NCBI GenBank assembly: GCA_002293685.1
Contig: DBDS01000007.1
Coordinates: 108,410 to 159,105 of the forward strand
Source of the DNA: Patescibacteria group bacterium UBA926
GTDB taxonomy: Bacteria > Patescibacteriota > Doudnabacteria > UBA920
DNA: 50,696 nucleotides
Reading direction: 5' to 3'
Shown: piece after piece, positions 37,538-47,027 of the stretch
Position numbering within the stretch: position 1 is the first letter of the stretch
Layout of the letters: every line of letters begins with the position of its first letter
Notes under the pieces: model-generated
Told to the model about the DNA's origin: nothing
What the model saw: only the letters and a program-made list of their open reading frames with translations
Database searches by the model: none
Made by a program: the position numbers and the translations under genes

Positions 37538-37592
37538 TTCACCCCGTTAAATCTTGCCGAAGGCAAGGCCTCGCAGCGGCATTTAACTGGAT
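37538..37592. repeat. CCCYGTTAAAT-ended mini element in the groES leader
   Basis: TTCA-CCCCGTTAAATCTTGCCGAAGGCAAG...ATTTAACTGG; homologous to 42905-42963. Confidence 0.75.
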
Positions 37593-37611
37593 AAACCGAA
37601 GGGATCATGAT

Positions 37612-37917
37612 ATGAAAGTTAAACCATTAGGAAACCGAATTTTGGTAAAACCTCTTACCACCGAAGAAGTTACAGCGAGCGGGATTATTCTGCCCGAATC
37701 AGCTGATAAAGAGAAAAAGACTCAAGGAGAAATTGTGGCGTTAGGAAATGGTGAAGATATAGAAAAGTTAGGTTTAAAAATTGGCGATAAGGTTGTGTTT
37801 GGCAAGTACTCGGGAGACGAGATTGAGGTAGACGAAGACGGTAAGAGCGTTGAATACAAAGTTTTGAATGTTGGAGAAGAAAAGGACGAGAGCGATGTTT
37901 TGGCGGTAATTGAGTAA
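37612..37917 (+). CDS. groES: Co-chaperonin GroES
   Basis: KPLGNRILVK, TASGIILP and GDKVVFGKYSG motifs. Confidence 0.97.
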   Translation: MKVKPLGNRILVKPLTTEEVTASGIILPESADKEKKTQGEIVALGNGEDIEKLGLKIGDKVVFGKYSGDEIEVDEDGKSVEYKVLNVGEEKDESDVLAVIE

Positions 37918-37922
37918 ATTAG

Positions 37923-38010
37923 TTCCCCTCCCTCGTGAGGGAGGGGTTAGGGGAGGGTTATAAATAATTTAACCCCCACCCAGCCTCCCCCTCACGAGGG
38001 GGAGGAGAAA
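37923..38010. repeat. Paired CCCCTCC/GGAGGGG palindromes between groES and groEL
   Basis: TTCCCCTCCCTCGTGAGGGAGGGG... followed by its inverted partner. Confidence 0.8.
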
Positions 38011-38039
38011 TTAGTTAAACTGAAAGGAAATAATTTAAT

Positions 38040-39716
38040 ATGAGCAAACTAATAAAAACTGGCTTCGAAGCCAAGCAAGCAATTAAAGAAGGTGTAGATA
38101 TTGCAGCGAACGCAATCAAGGTAACTCTTGGTCCAACAGGAAAAGCGGTTATCTTGGATCGTGGTTACGGTAGCCCAACTATCTCTGATGATGGTGTGAC
38201 AGTCGCAAAGGACATTGAACTCGAAGATAAATTCCAAAACATTGGTGTGTCTTTGATTCAAGAAGTTGCCAACAAAACCAACGAAGACGCTGGTGATGGT
38301 ACTACTACCGCAACTGTGATTGCCCAAAAAATGATCGAAGAAGCGTTTAGCGAATTAGAACGTAACACTTACAAGGCAAACGATTTGAAGCGTGGTATGG
38401 ATAAAGCAGCTCGCTTTGTCGTAGATGAGTTGAATAAAGTAAAGAAAGAAGTCACCACTCGCGAAGGTATCGAACAAGTTGCCACCATTTCTTCTTTGGA
38501 TTCCGAAGTAGGGAAGTTAATTGCCGAAGCCATGGAAGAAGTAGGTAACGATGGCGTAATTACTGTCGAAGAAGGTCAAAGCATTGGCATTGAAAAAGAA
38601 GTTGTGCAGGGTATGCGCTTCGATAAAGGATTCGTATCTTCGTACATGGTCACCAATACAGAACGTATGGAAGCAGTTTGGGAAGATCCATATATTTTAA
38701 TTACCGATAAGAAAGTTTCCAGCGTTCAAGATGTTTTGCCACTTCTCGAAAAAATCGCTCAAAGCGGTAAGAAAGAATTAGTAATCATCGCTGACGACGT
38801 AGAAGGTGAAGCTCTTACAACTTTCGTGCTTAACAAACTTCGCGGCACATTTAATGTACTAGCAGTGAAAGCTCCTGGATTCGGAGACCGTCGCAAAGAA
38901 ATGTTGCAGGATATTGCCGTATTAACAGGCGGAACTGTTATTACTTCCGAGCTTGGTCTGTCTTTGGACAAAACAGAAGTAAATCAACTTGGACGAGCGC
39001 GTAAGGTTGTGGCAACTAAAGAACACACCACTATTGTTGATGGTTCTGGTGATAGCAATGCAATCACTGATCGCGTGAATCAAATCAAGTCCGCGATTAA
39101 AGAAGCAACCTCAGATTTCGACAAAGAAAAATTGATGGAACGCATGGCTCGTTTAGCTGGTGGTATTGGCGTCATCAAAGTTGGTGCTTTCACTGAAACA
39201 GAAATGAAAGCTAAGAAGTTCAAAATCGAAGACGCCCTTAACGCGACTCGCGCAGCAGTTGAAGAAGGAATCGTAGCAGGTGGTGGCGCGGCATTGGCAA
39301 AAATTGCTCCAATTTTAGAAGATGCGATTTCTGGCAGTGATTACTTCCAAGAAAATGAAAAACGCGGCGCGATGATCGTTCGAAAATCACTTGAAGCGCC
39401 GATGCGTCAGATTGCTGAAAATGCAGGCGCCGAGAGCTCTGCGATTATCAAGTTCGTTCAACAGGCTGGTGGTCACGCTGGTTACGACTTTGCGAACTAC
39501 GATGAAATGAAATGGGAAGAGGGTAAGAAAGAAGATATGATTGCAGCAGGTATCGTAGATCCTGTAAAAGTTACTCGTTTGGCTTTGGAAAATGCGATTT
39601 CAATCGCATCAACTTTGGTTACAACAGAGACAATTATTGTCGATAAGCCTGAGCCAAAGTCTGCACCAGAAATGGGTGGTGGCATGCCAGGCGGTATGGG
39701 TGGTATGGGATTCTAG
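38040..39716 (+). CDS. groEL: Chaperonin GroEL
   Basis: TLGPTG, GDGTTTAT and KAPGFGDRRK motifs; GGM tail. Confidence 0.99.
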   Translation: MSKLIKTGFEAKQAIKEGVDIAANAIKVTLGPTGKAVILDRGYGSPTISDDGVTVAKDIELEDKFQNIGVSLIQEVANKTNEDAGDGTTTATVIAQKMIEEAFSELERNTYKANDLKRGMDKAARFVVDELNKVKKEVTTREGIEQVATISSLDSEVGKLIAEAMEEVGNDGVITVEEGQSIGIEKEVVQGMRFDKGFVSSYMVTNTERMEAVWEDPYILITDKKVSSVQDVLPLLEKIAQSGKKELVIIADDVEGEALTTFVLNKLRGTFNVLAVKAPGFGDRRKEMLQDIAVLTGGTVITSELGLSLDKTEVNQLGRARKVVATKEHTTIVDGSGDSNAITDRVNQIKSAIKEATSDFDKEKLMERMARLAGGIGVIKVGAFTETEMKAKKFKIEDALNATRAAVEEGIVAGGGAALAKIAPILEDAISGSDYFQENEKRGAMIVRKSLEAPMRQIAENAGAESSAIIKFVQQAGGHAGYDFANYDEMKWEEGKKEDMIAAGIVDPVKVTRLALENAISIASTLVTTETIIVDKPEPKSAPEMGGGMPGGMGGMGF

Positions 39717-39737
39717 CCTAGATTAGGTATTCTGCTC

Positions 39738-39792
39738 GCCCTGCGAAGCTTTAGCGGAGCAGGGGCGGTATGGGTGTGGTATGGGATTCTAA
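39738..39792 (+). repeat. CGAAGCTTTAGCG palindrome plus duplicated groEL 3' tail
   Basis: GCCCTGCGAAGCTTTAGCGGAGCAGGG followed by GGCGGTATGGGTGTGGTATGGGATTCTA. Confidence 0.8.
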
Positions 39793-39816
39793 GCATCATC
39801 ATTTCCAGAACATACC

Positions 39817-39890
39817 TGTCATCCTGAGGCGTAGCCGAAGGATCTCAATAGAGATTCTTCCCCCGGATCAAGTCCGGGGTCAGAATGACA
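39817..39890. repeat. TGTCATCCTGAG...CAGAATGACA palindromic element
   Basis: Homologous to 47782-47851. Confidence 0.8.
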
Positions 39891-40000
39891 ATCAGAATAA
39901 AAAAGAACGCCGCGAGAAATAATTCTCGCGGCGTTCTGCTTAGTTGACGGTGAGACCAAATTTCCGTATAATTGACAGTAAAACTGAATTAGGAGGAGAT

Positions 40001-41224
40001 ATGAAAACCAAAAACACGTTGGATGCTCGTTTGGCGAAACTAAATTCTGAGCATAGTTCTTACATCAAACTTTATTATTATTCTTGGGCTTCGATTATTG
40101 TGTCCGTGATACTCCTGTTCCTCCTACCCGCAACAGTATTGTTCTTTGGTGGTAGTTGGTTATGGATATTACCGATGGGGTTTGCGCCCGTAACTGTAGT
40201 TTTTTGCTTTTTGCTGGCAAGGTTTGCTTCAACTCAGATTATCATTATTGCCAGGGAGTTTTTGAAAAAGATCAACGGACGTTGTTTCAAGCCTTATGTC
40301 ATGAACAGGTTAGGGGATGAGCAGTGGCACTGGGTGTTTATTAATTATGCATCCTTCGAGCTACTGGCAGAATATCTGATAAGGGAAAGTTATCCTAAAA
40401 AACATAAAGTTGAAAACCAGGAATTGGCTGAGGCCAGGCTTAACTGGCATAAGGAAACTGACCAAACTTTTTCTTTGGCTTTAGCGGAGTTACCCAATCA
40501 TGCTTGGAAGCTTCGGCGAAGAGTCAGGCGAGCAATCGGAAACTATCACATGGATTCCAAAGATAAACAAATCCTGTTGCTTTCCCTTCATGCTTATCTG
40601 TGGCCTGACGATGAAAATCACAGTGAGGTTAAAAATAAGTTAGGTAATTGGTTTTATCAGATTCCAAATGAACAAGCAGGGCAATATCTTCAGGGACGGA
40701 TTAGGTCGGCTGTAAAATCTGATGAATACAGGCCAAAAGTCAAAAAACCCAGATCGAAATCAGTCACCCGGAAGCGATCGACAAAAGAAATTGTTCCCGA
40801 GATTTCCAAAGCTTCACTGCCCGATGTCTACCTTGATCTTAAACATCTCAAAGCAACCGAGGTATTATCTTTAGAACAGTTAAAAGATTTTGTTCCTCAG
40901 AACTTTGATCATCGGTTAGTCTGGGCAGTCTTAGTTAGTCTGTTGGAGCCAGGAAAGAGTATTGCTATTGGTGGAGGGTATATGCGAAAAGAAGCTCTGA
41001 TTCATAAAGGCGCGGCTCGATTATTCAAGCAGCAAAAATGGAACTACCCAGGACATAAGTGCTGTACCGCAGTAATCGAGTGGTTGACCCGTGAGCAGGT
41101 TTTGCAAAAGCGTACTCATGGTCGGGACTTTTCGTTAAACTTTCACGTGAATGGTAAGAACTCTCCGGCATTGGAAATTACGCAGATGCTTAATATTGCC
41201 AAGACGGAAAGTCAGTGGAATTAA
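40001..41224 (+). CDS. Hypothetical orphan protein with N-terminal TM segments
   Basis: AGGAGG SD before ATG 40001; TTGACG-17-TATAAT promoter; flanked by near-identical hairpins. Confidence 0.75.
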   Translation: MKTKNTLDARLAKLNSEHSSYIKLYYYSWASIIVSVILLFLLPATVLFFGGSWLWILPMGFAPVTVVFCFLLARFASTQIIIIAREFLKKINGRCFKPYVMNRLGDEQWHWVFINYASFELLAEYLIRESYPKKHKVENQELAEARLNWHKETDQTFSLALAELPNHAWKLRRRVRRAIGNYHMDSKDKQILLLSLHAYLWPDDENHSEVKNKLGNWFYQIPNEQAGQYLQGRIRSAVKSDEYRPKVKKPRSKSVTRKRSTKEIVPEISKASLPDVYLDLKHLKATEVLSLEQLKDFVPQNFDHRLVWAVLVSLLEPGKSIAIGGGYMRKEALIHKGAARLFKQQKWNYPGHKCCTAVIEWLTREQVLQKRTHGRDFSLNFHVNGKNSPALEITQMLNIAKTESQWN

Positions 41225-41262
41225 AAATACGCCGCGAGAATTATTTCTCGCGGCGTTTAATG

Positions 41263-41733
41263 TCACATTATGTAGCACCTTGAAGAAGTATCTCCAGCTG
41301 ATGCTGAATGTGACTGCTCCGGTTCTTGAAACAGGTTGATGAAATCCTTTATCTGCTTGTAGAACTCTTGGCCAGTAGTAGGATTGCTCCATAGATCGAA
41401 AATCTCGGTTTCCATCGATATCTGAATTGCAACCGGATTGGGGATCCCAAGTTGGCTAGATAACAGGAAGTGTGTAGGAATATTCCTATCTTTTAAGTAC
41501 ATACTAACTTCCTGTTCGGATCGACAATTGTTCTTGTCAAAAGAATCTAGGCCGATCAAAACGTAGTCGGGATTGTGGTTGGATAAGAAACCGACGGCTT
41601 GGATTGAACCACCTTTCTCTGTGATATCCAGGCCAAACAGAATTGCTGGCGTGTTTGGCGATTCTTTTTTATGGGACTCACTGAACCGGTTATAGAGTGC
41701 CTGAGGATCAGGCGCAATAATGCAAATTTTCAT
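41263..41733 (-). CDS. Hypothetical protein
   Basis: 156-aa ORF with GGAGG SD. Confidence 0.65.
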   Translation of the reverse strand: MKICIIAPDPQALYNRFSESHKKESPNTPAILFGLDITEKGGSIQAVGFLSNHNPDYVLIGLDSFDKNNCRSEQEVSMYLKDRNIPTHFLLSSQLGIPNPVAIQISMETEIFDLWSNPTTGQEFYKQIKDFINLFQEPEQSHSASAGDTSSRCYIM

Positions 41734-41798
41734 AATTTCCTCCGTGGATTTTAGTCAGATTTATGGAAATCTGAAGAATAATCGCAACCAAAATTAGG

Positions 41799-42003
41799 TT
41801 GACAAATTAGTATATATTAGTTACAATATTATGTCCAGTCCCAGACTGGCTTTACCACTTTTGTGGTCTCATGCTCCTAATTTCGGTTACTCGGATTGGG
41901 GGCGCTCTTGAGAAGCCGATTGATACAATCTCTTCACTAGTCCTCGTTTTGCCCCCGGCAAAACTGCGGAGACGTTCAGAGATTATATCAATCGGCTTTT
42001 GAT
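41799..42003 (+). ncRNA. Candidate structured RNA or long leader with a sigma70 promoter
   Basis: TTGACA-17-TACAAT (41799-41827) followed by four hairpins, including a long AAGCCGATTGATA...TATCAATCGGCTT stem. Confidence 0.45.
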
Positions 42004-42123
42004 TTGGGGGAAATGCGAATGCATTGTATGTGGACGCCCTGTACCTATACATTTGGGTTTTTGATTTGTAAAAAAAAGAGTATAATAGAGAAAACTGTCG
42101 AATCATCACCAAAGGAGGTAAGT

Positions 42124-42744
42124 ATGAAAAGACTAATTTTTATGCTGATCTCAGCATCTTTCTTCATGTTGCTACCTCTGTCAGGTTCGGCGGATGGACA
42201 GCGAAGAAAAACGGCAAGCAAGCCTAAACCGAAATCGGTAAAGCCAGTGAGAAGAACTTCCACTAGCAGGCGAGTGGTCCCAAGACCGCCCGCCCGTGTC
42301 GTGAGCCGTCAACTCACTATCGTCCCGCACTGTACTCCTGGGGTGAGCCAAATGAATTACCAGATCTTAGGTCATTCATTGGGTCGCCAGAATATCAAAT
42401 ATGAGTCAGGAGAATTCAGTGTTCAGCTTCCAGATTTTTCTTGGAGCCAGGACGAAAAGTTGTTCGACGCTCGACAACTAGCTTTAATGATTGCTCTGCG
42501 TGATCACCTAAAGCCAGAAAAAATGGAATACAATTCCTTAGCGGGTGGAAGCAGTAACATCACTGGGTTTATCGTTGTGGTCAGAGAAAACCTTCAGTCC
42601 TCGGAAATTTTCCGGGGTTACGAGATTATCAGAGCACAAGTTCCAGCTGGGATTTTACCTGTTTACCAGAATTTTTCCTGCTTGGACTTAAAGCTTGAAT
42701 CAGAGTCCGTACTACCATTGCCTGGTCTGCAAATTCTGCAGTAA
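42124..42744 (+). CDS. Hypothetical secreted protein
   Basis: AAGGAGGT SD, signal peptide, basic low-complexity linker. Confidence 0.72.
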   Translation: MKRLIFMLISASFFMLLPLSGSADGQRRKTASKPKPKSVKPVRRTSTSRRVVPRPPARVVSRQLTIVPHCTPGVSQMNYQILGHSLGRQNIKYESGEFSVQLPDFSWSQDEKLFDARQLALMIALRDHLKPEKMEYNSLAGGSSNITGFIVVVRENLQSSEIFRGYEIIRAQVPAGILPVYQNFSCLDLKLESESVLPLPGLQILQ

Positions 42745-42904
42745 GGATTAGTCTTCTGACTCGCATTTTCCTCCTGTGTGGAAAGGGTCAGTAGAATGAG
42801 CTGGTTTTTGGTGAAGCAAAACCAGCTCGTTTTTTAATAATTGAAATATGGTTAGTCGCTATACAGAGTTGACGAAATTAAGTAATTAGCGTATAATCAT
42901 CACA

Positions 42905-42963
42905 TTGACCCTATTAAATCTTGCCGAAGACAAGGGTCGCTACGCGACATTTAACAGGGTTGA
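42905..42963. repeat. CCCTATTAAAT...ATTTAACAGGG mini element in the rpmF leader
   Basis: Flanked by TTGA direct repeats; same ends as the pth array units. Confidence 0.8.
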
Positions 42964-42984
42964 CTATATAATTTAACTATATTT

Positions 42985-43149
42985 ATGGGAGTTCCAAAGA
43001 AGCATAAAACCCGCAGTGGTCGTGACCAACGTCGTAGTCACCACGCTTTAAAGGCCGTCACTTTTGCGAAATGTCAAAACTGCGGTGGTCCAACTCAGCC
43101 ACACCACGCATGTCCTAATTGTGGGCATTACAAAGGACGCAAGGTTTAA
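42985..43149 (+). CDS. rpmF: 50S ribosomal protein L32 (not in the ORF track)
   Basis: MGVPKKHKTRSGRDQRRSHHALKAVTFAKCQNCGGPTQPHHACPNCGHYKGRKV. Confidence 0.96.
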   Translation: MGVPKKHKTRSGRDQRRSHHALKAVTFAKCQNCGGPTQPHHACPNCGHYKGRKV

Positions 43150-43245
43150 TTACCGAGCGTTTTTTTGTTTTTCTTTTCACTTTTTTTGGCGGGTGGCGCA
43201 CTATTACTTGGTCAAAATAGGACGGTTCTGGTAGAATCGATATAT

Positions 43246-43674
43246 ATGGCAAACCGACATTTACTAAGAACAATCGCGTTGCAATCCCTTTTTGAATGGG
43301 ATTTTCATAATCGCCAAGGAAGTCTCGACGAAATCTTAGATAGAGTTACAAAAGAATTTTCTCCAAATACCGATGGAACCGAATTTGCTAAAGAATTATT
43401 AGATGGAGTGGTTGGAAAAATTGATGAACTTGATGCGGTGATTGTAAAGTACGCTCCTGAGTGGCCAATCGAACAAATCACAATAATCGACCGCAACGTT
43501 TTACGTTTAGGTGTTTTTGAATTAACCTATCTTAAAGATACACCTGCGAAAGTAGCTATCAATGAAGCTGTTGAAATGGGGAAGCGTTTCGGGGGAGAAT
43601 CTTCAGGTAAGTTTGTAAACGGCGTACTCGGCGCTCTATATAAAGATTTACCAGAAGAAGCAAAGCAAGATTAA
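43246..43674 (+). CDS. nusB: Transcription antitermination factor NusB
   Basis: ALQSLFEWD, IDRNVLRLG, VAINEAVEMGK and FVNGVL motifs. Confidence 0.96.
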   Translation: MANRHLLRTIALQSLFEWDFHNRQGSLDEILDRVTKEFSPNTDGTEFAKELLDGVVGKIDELDAVIVKYAPEWPIEQITIIDRNVLRLGVFELTYLKDTPAKVAINEAVEMGKRFGGESSGKFVNGVLGALYKDLPEEAKQD

Positions 43675-43757
43675 TGTTTAAATTTTGAATCACCGCCAGC
43701 GCGGTGTTTTTTTTGTTTTCCAATCTTAGTGCAACCTAACCACCCCTCGGGATAATT

Positions 43758-43916
43758 AAGTATCCCCGGCGAAGGCCGGGGTCTGAATCACAGATCCCGG
43801 ATCGCCTGCGGCGTCCGGGAATACTTACCATGTCATCCTCGGTTTCCCTGAGCTAGTCGAAGGGACGACCGGGCTGCCCTCCCAAATCTCGCAGAGATGT
43901 GGGAGGGGGATCCAGT
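43758..43916. repeat. Composite REP/RPE-like element
   Basis: AAGTATCCCCGG...CCGGGAATACTT unit plus a TGTCATCC unit with nested CCTGAGC..GTCGAAGGG and CAAATCTCGCAGAGAT; same order at 46629-46806. Confidence 0.85.
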
Positions 43917-43955
43917 ATTTTAGAAATTTTTCAGTAAAACTTTTTTCAACTTCGA

Positions 43956-43995
43956 GAAAAACTTAATCCAGTCTTGAAACCCATTTTTGCATAAT
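43956..43995 (+). promoter_or_regulatory. Conserved promoter box shared with comEC
   Basis: GAAAAACTTAATCCAGTCTTGAA...TGCATAAT. Confidence 0.7.
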
Positions 43996-44024
43996 TAAAG
44001 CAAGATAATTAATTGCACAAAAAT

Positions 44025-46064
44025 ATGCAAAGACAACTTATGGTTTGGGCGACGGCTTTAGTCGTAGCCTTTGGTAGTTTGGCAGGATTGGCGGTGAAGA
44101 CCGCTGTTGCTCAAACTAGCCCGGCATCGTTGGTTATTTCAGCGATACAAATTACAGGCGGAGTAGGAAAGACCGCCGAGGATTTTATAGAATTATATAA
44201 TCCTAATCCTTTCCCTGTGGACTTAAATGGCTATCGCTTAGTAAAGCGAACGGCCACTGTTTCGGCCGACAGTTCGATCAAAGTTTTCAACACCGAGACA
44301 TTGATTCCGTCATATAGTTTTTATTTGTGGGCGAATTCTGGTTTTACAGAAATTTCTGCAAACCCAGATACAACCACTAGTTCAACGTTAGCCGATAATA
44401 ATGGCGTTGGTTTAAGATTTGGGGCTTTGGACTCCGGTCAGCTTATTGATAGCGTCAGTTGGGGTACGTCTAATAACGGGTTTACTTCGATAAGTTTAGA
44501 AAACCCTCAAGCAGGTGAGTCTTTGGTGCGCGTGAATTTATTTGAGCAAAGTGAATTTGAAATAAGGCAAAGTAATCCCCGAAACACCAGCGTTCAGCTA
44601 CTACCTGAAGGGGTTGAGGAATCCGTAAACGACGCCAGTTGTAGCGTATTGTTAAAATCTGAGTCTGGAGCGCAATCAATGAGTGGGATTCGGTTCCTGA
44701 ATACTGGAAATTCAGCTTGGTTTGCTTCGGGTTTTTCTGTTTCGCAGCAATCACCCGAAGGTTTTTCAGAAATTTCACTACCAGAACCGATTATTTACCC
44801 AGGAAGTCAATTTGATTTAGAGATAGAGATTACTGCACCAGCTACAGCGGGTGAGTATAGTTATAGTTGGCAGATGGAGTTCTTAGGTGAGGGCTTTGGC
44901 AGTAGCTGCTCTACTATATTAAACGTTGAAGAGGTTGTAACTCCCGATCCTGAGCCTGAGCCAGAACCAGAGCCAGAACCAAATCCAACCACAGTCAAAA
45001 TTACAGAATTATTACCCAACCCAGTTGGCGATGATTCAGGTAAAGAAGTCGTTGAGTTGTATAACTACGGCTCACAAACAGTTAATTTAAAAGACTGGGT
45101 ATTGGATGACATTGAGTCGTGGCCAGTTAGTTCTAACGCTTACAAGTTAGGAGAAATAAGTATCGAAGCGGGTAAGTATTTGGCAATAACAATTCCGGCA
45201 GGGAAGTTTGCGATGAATAATACCGGCGGTGATGTTGTAACTTTGTTCAATCCTTCTGGTTCTATCATTAGTACTGTAACTTACACAGGCACCACGCCAG
45301 AAGGCAAGACATACAGCCTTGTCGGAAGTGAGTGGGGATGGTTTGAATCAAGCCTTGGCATTGCGAATCCGCCATTACCTGAATCCGAACCGGAGACTCC
45401 AGAAGATCCTGACCCAGAGCCAGAGAATCCTGAGGTGCCAGAACAACCAGAAGCACCAAACTTAACAGGACTAATTATTTCAGAGATTTATCCAGCACCT
45501 TCAGCTGGGCAAAGAGAATTTGTGGAATTATATAATGGCTCAAATTCTAGTCTTAATCTAAAGTTTGCAAAACTGGCGATTGGAAATCGTGTGGCTAGTC
45601 TCCCAGATTTTCTACTGCCAAGTGGCGGTTATTATTCTGTTGCAGATGCAGAGCTAAAATTGCCTTTAGCGGATAGCGGTAAGACTATTCAATTGCTGTC
45701 AGAAAATGGTGCAGTGCTCAGCGAAGTCACTTATCCAAAAGCCAAGAAAGGCGAAAGTTACGCGTTGTTTGGGGATAGTTTTATGTGGACTAAAACAGTA
45801 ACCCCAGGTCAAGCGAATGAACTTAATACTGTGGTCCCAAATCCAGAACCCGGTAATAATTCTCCAAAAGCGAGTGTGAAAGCTGCTGCAACAAATCTCT
45901 TACAGCACGCAATTAACTCATTAAATTCTGAGACTCAGCAACCTATTCAGCCTGATCCAGAAACAGGGGAGCCAGGTAAAAAGACAAATCCAATAAACGC
46001 AATTATTGTTGCCTTAGCGAGCCTGTTTGCTAGTGCCTTTGCGGTATATAAATTTGGTGTGTAA
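44025..46064 (+). CDS. Surface protein with three lamin-tail-like (LTD) domains, PE linkers and a C-terminal TM anchor
   Basis: Repeated I(S/T)E/(E/D)F(I/V)ELYN/VDLNGY-type motifs; signal peptide. Confidence 0.85.
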   Translation: MQRQLMVWATALVVAFGSLAGLAVKTAVAQTSPASLVISAIQITGGVGKTAEDFIELYNPNPFPVDLNGYRLVKRTATVSADSSIKVFNTETLIPSYSFYLWANSGFTEISANPDTTTSSTLADNNGVGLRFGALDSGQLIDSVSWGTSNNGFTSISLENPQAGESLVRVNLFEQSEFEIRQSNPRNTSVQLLPEGVEESVNDASCSVLLKSESGAQSMSGIRFLNTGNSAWFASGFSVSQQSPEGFSEISLPEPIIYPGSQFDLEIEITAPATAGEYSYSWQMEFLGEGFGSSCSTILNVEEVVTPDPEPEPEPEPEPNPTTVKITELLPNPVGDDSGKEVVELYNYGSQTVNLKDWVLDDIESWPVSSNAYKLGEISIEAGKYLAITIPAGKFAMNNTGGDVVTLFNPSGSIISTVTYTGTTPEGKTYSLVGSEWGWFESSLGIANPPLPESEPETPEDPDPEPENPEVPEQPEAPNLTGLIISEIYPAPSAGQREFVELYNGSNSSLNLKFAKLAIGNRVASLPDFLLPSGGYYSVADAELKLPLADSGKTIQLLSENGAVLSEVTYPKAKKGESYALFGDSFMWTKTVTPGQANELNTVVPNPEPGNNSPKASVKAAATNLLQHAINSLNSETQQPIQPDPETGEPGKKTNPINAIIVALASLFASAFAVYKFGV

Positions 46065-46254
46065 CATAAAGCCTTGGTGTACGATGTATTCATGGTAGAA
46101 CAATTTTCATGTAGAATGGTTATATGGAAATACTAAAGAAAATTTGGAAAGGTATAGAAATTGGAATCGGGTTTGTTATAAATCAAATCGGAACAATTCT
46201 TTTACCTTAACTACCCTCTTGGTAATATATATGTTATACTAGGAGAAATCAGTA

Positions 46255-46578
46255 ATGTATACCAAAATGAGTTTAAACAAATCTGATTTAATCGAAGTTC
46301 TCGCAGCTCGATTATCAATTACTTACACAGAAGCCGAGCGTATGTTGAACGCTTTTATTAACCTTATTTATGAATCGTTGAAAAACGGTGAAAAGGTTAA
46401 TATTAGTGGCTTTGGGCAGTTTAGTGTATCCCATAGGGCTCCCAGAATTGGCGTAAACCCAAGAAATCCATCTCAAAAAATCCAAATTCCAGAATTAAAT
46501 ACACCTAAGTTTAAAGCTGGTGAAGCTTTTAAAGAGGCTGTTAAGCTTCGTAAAAGCTCTAATCATTCTCAAGAGTAA
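46255..46578 (+). CDS. HU family DNA-binding protein
   Basis: LNKSDLIE, GEKVNISGFGQF, GVNPRN and PKFKAG motifs. Confidence 0.95.
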   Translation: MYTKMSLNKSDLIEVLAARLSITYTEAERMLNAFINLIYESLKNGEKVNISGFGQFSVSHRAPRIGVNPRNPSQKIQIPELNTPKFKAGEAFKEAVKLRKSSNHSQE

Positions 46579-46628
46579 ATTAAAAAACTCCGGCAGTGCC
46601 GGAGTTTTTTGTCGTCTTGGGCCTAACT

Positions 46629-46806
46629 AAGTATCCCCGGAAGCCTGAAAGACTATCCGGGTCCTACACCCAGATCCCGGATCTCCCTTCGGTCGTCCGG
46701 GAATACTTCCTCTGTCATCCCTGGGTCCTGAGCGAACGAAGAGAGTCGAAGGGACGACCGGCCTGTCCTGTTAAATCTCGCAGAGATTTGGTAGGGGGGA
46801 TCCACT
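46629..46806. repeat. Composite REP/RPE-like element
   Basis: Same module order as 43758-43916. Confidence 0.85.
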
Positions 46807-46838
46807 AGAGGACTGGAGGGGAATCGGTTACCTAGAAT

Positions 46839-46975
46839 GGGGGAATGTCGCCTCGCCAGCCTGCAGGCTGGCTTCGTTGTCCTGGGTGGTGAAGACTTGC
46901 CCCCAGCAAGTCTTCAATCGCTCACTGCCGTCGGCTCTGCTAAGCCGCCGTAGTTCGCTGCCACCCGTTCGATTC
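46839..46975 (-). ncRNA. Structured element downstream of tRNA-Gly
   Basis: Homologous architecture to 6199-6365 with covarying stems. Confidence 0.6.
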
Positions 46976-47027
46976 CTCTCCTTACCATTCCAATAATAAA
47001 ACACCAGGCAAGCTGGTGTATTATTAT

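Noticed and set aside
44940-45460. PE/PD tandem repeats as a DNA repeat system
   Set aside because: They are ordinary low-complexity protein linkers with synonymous variation.
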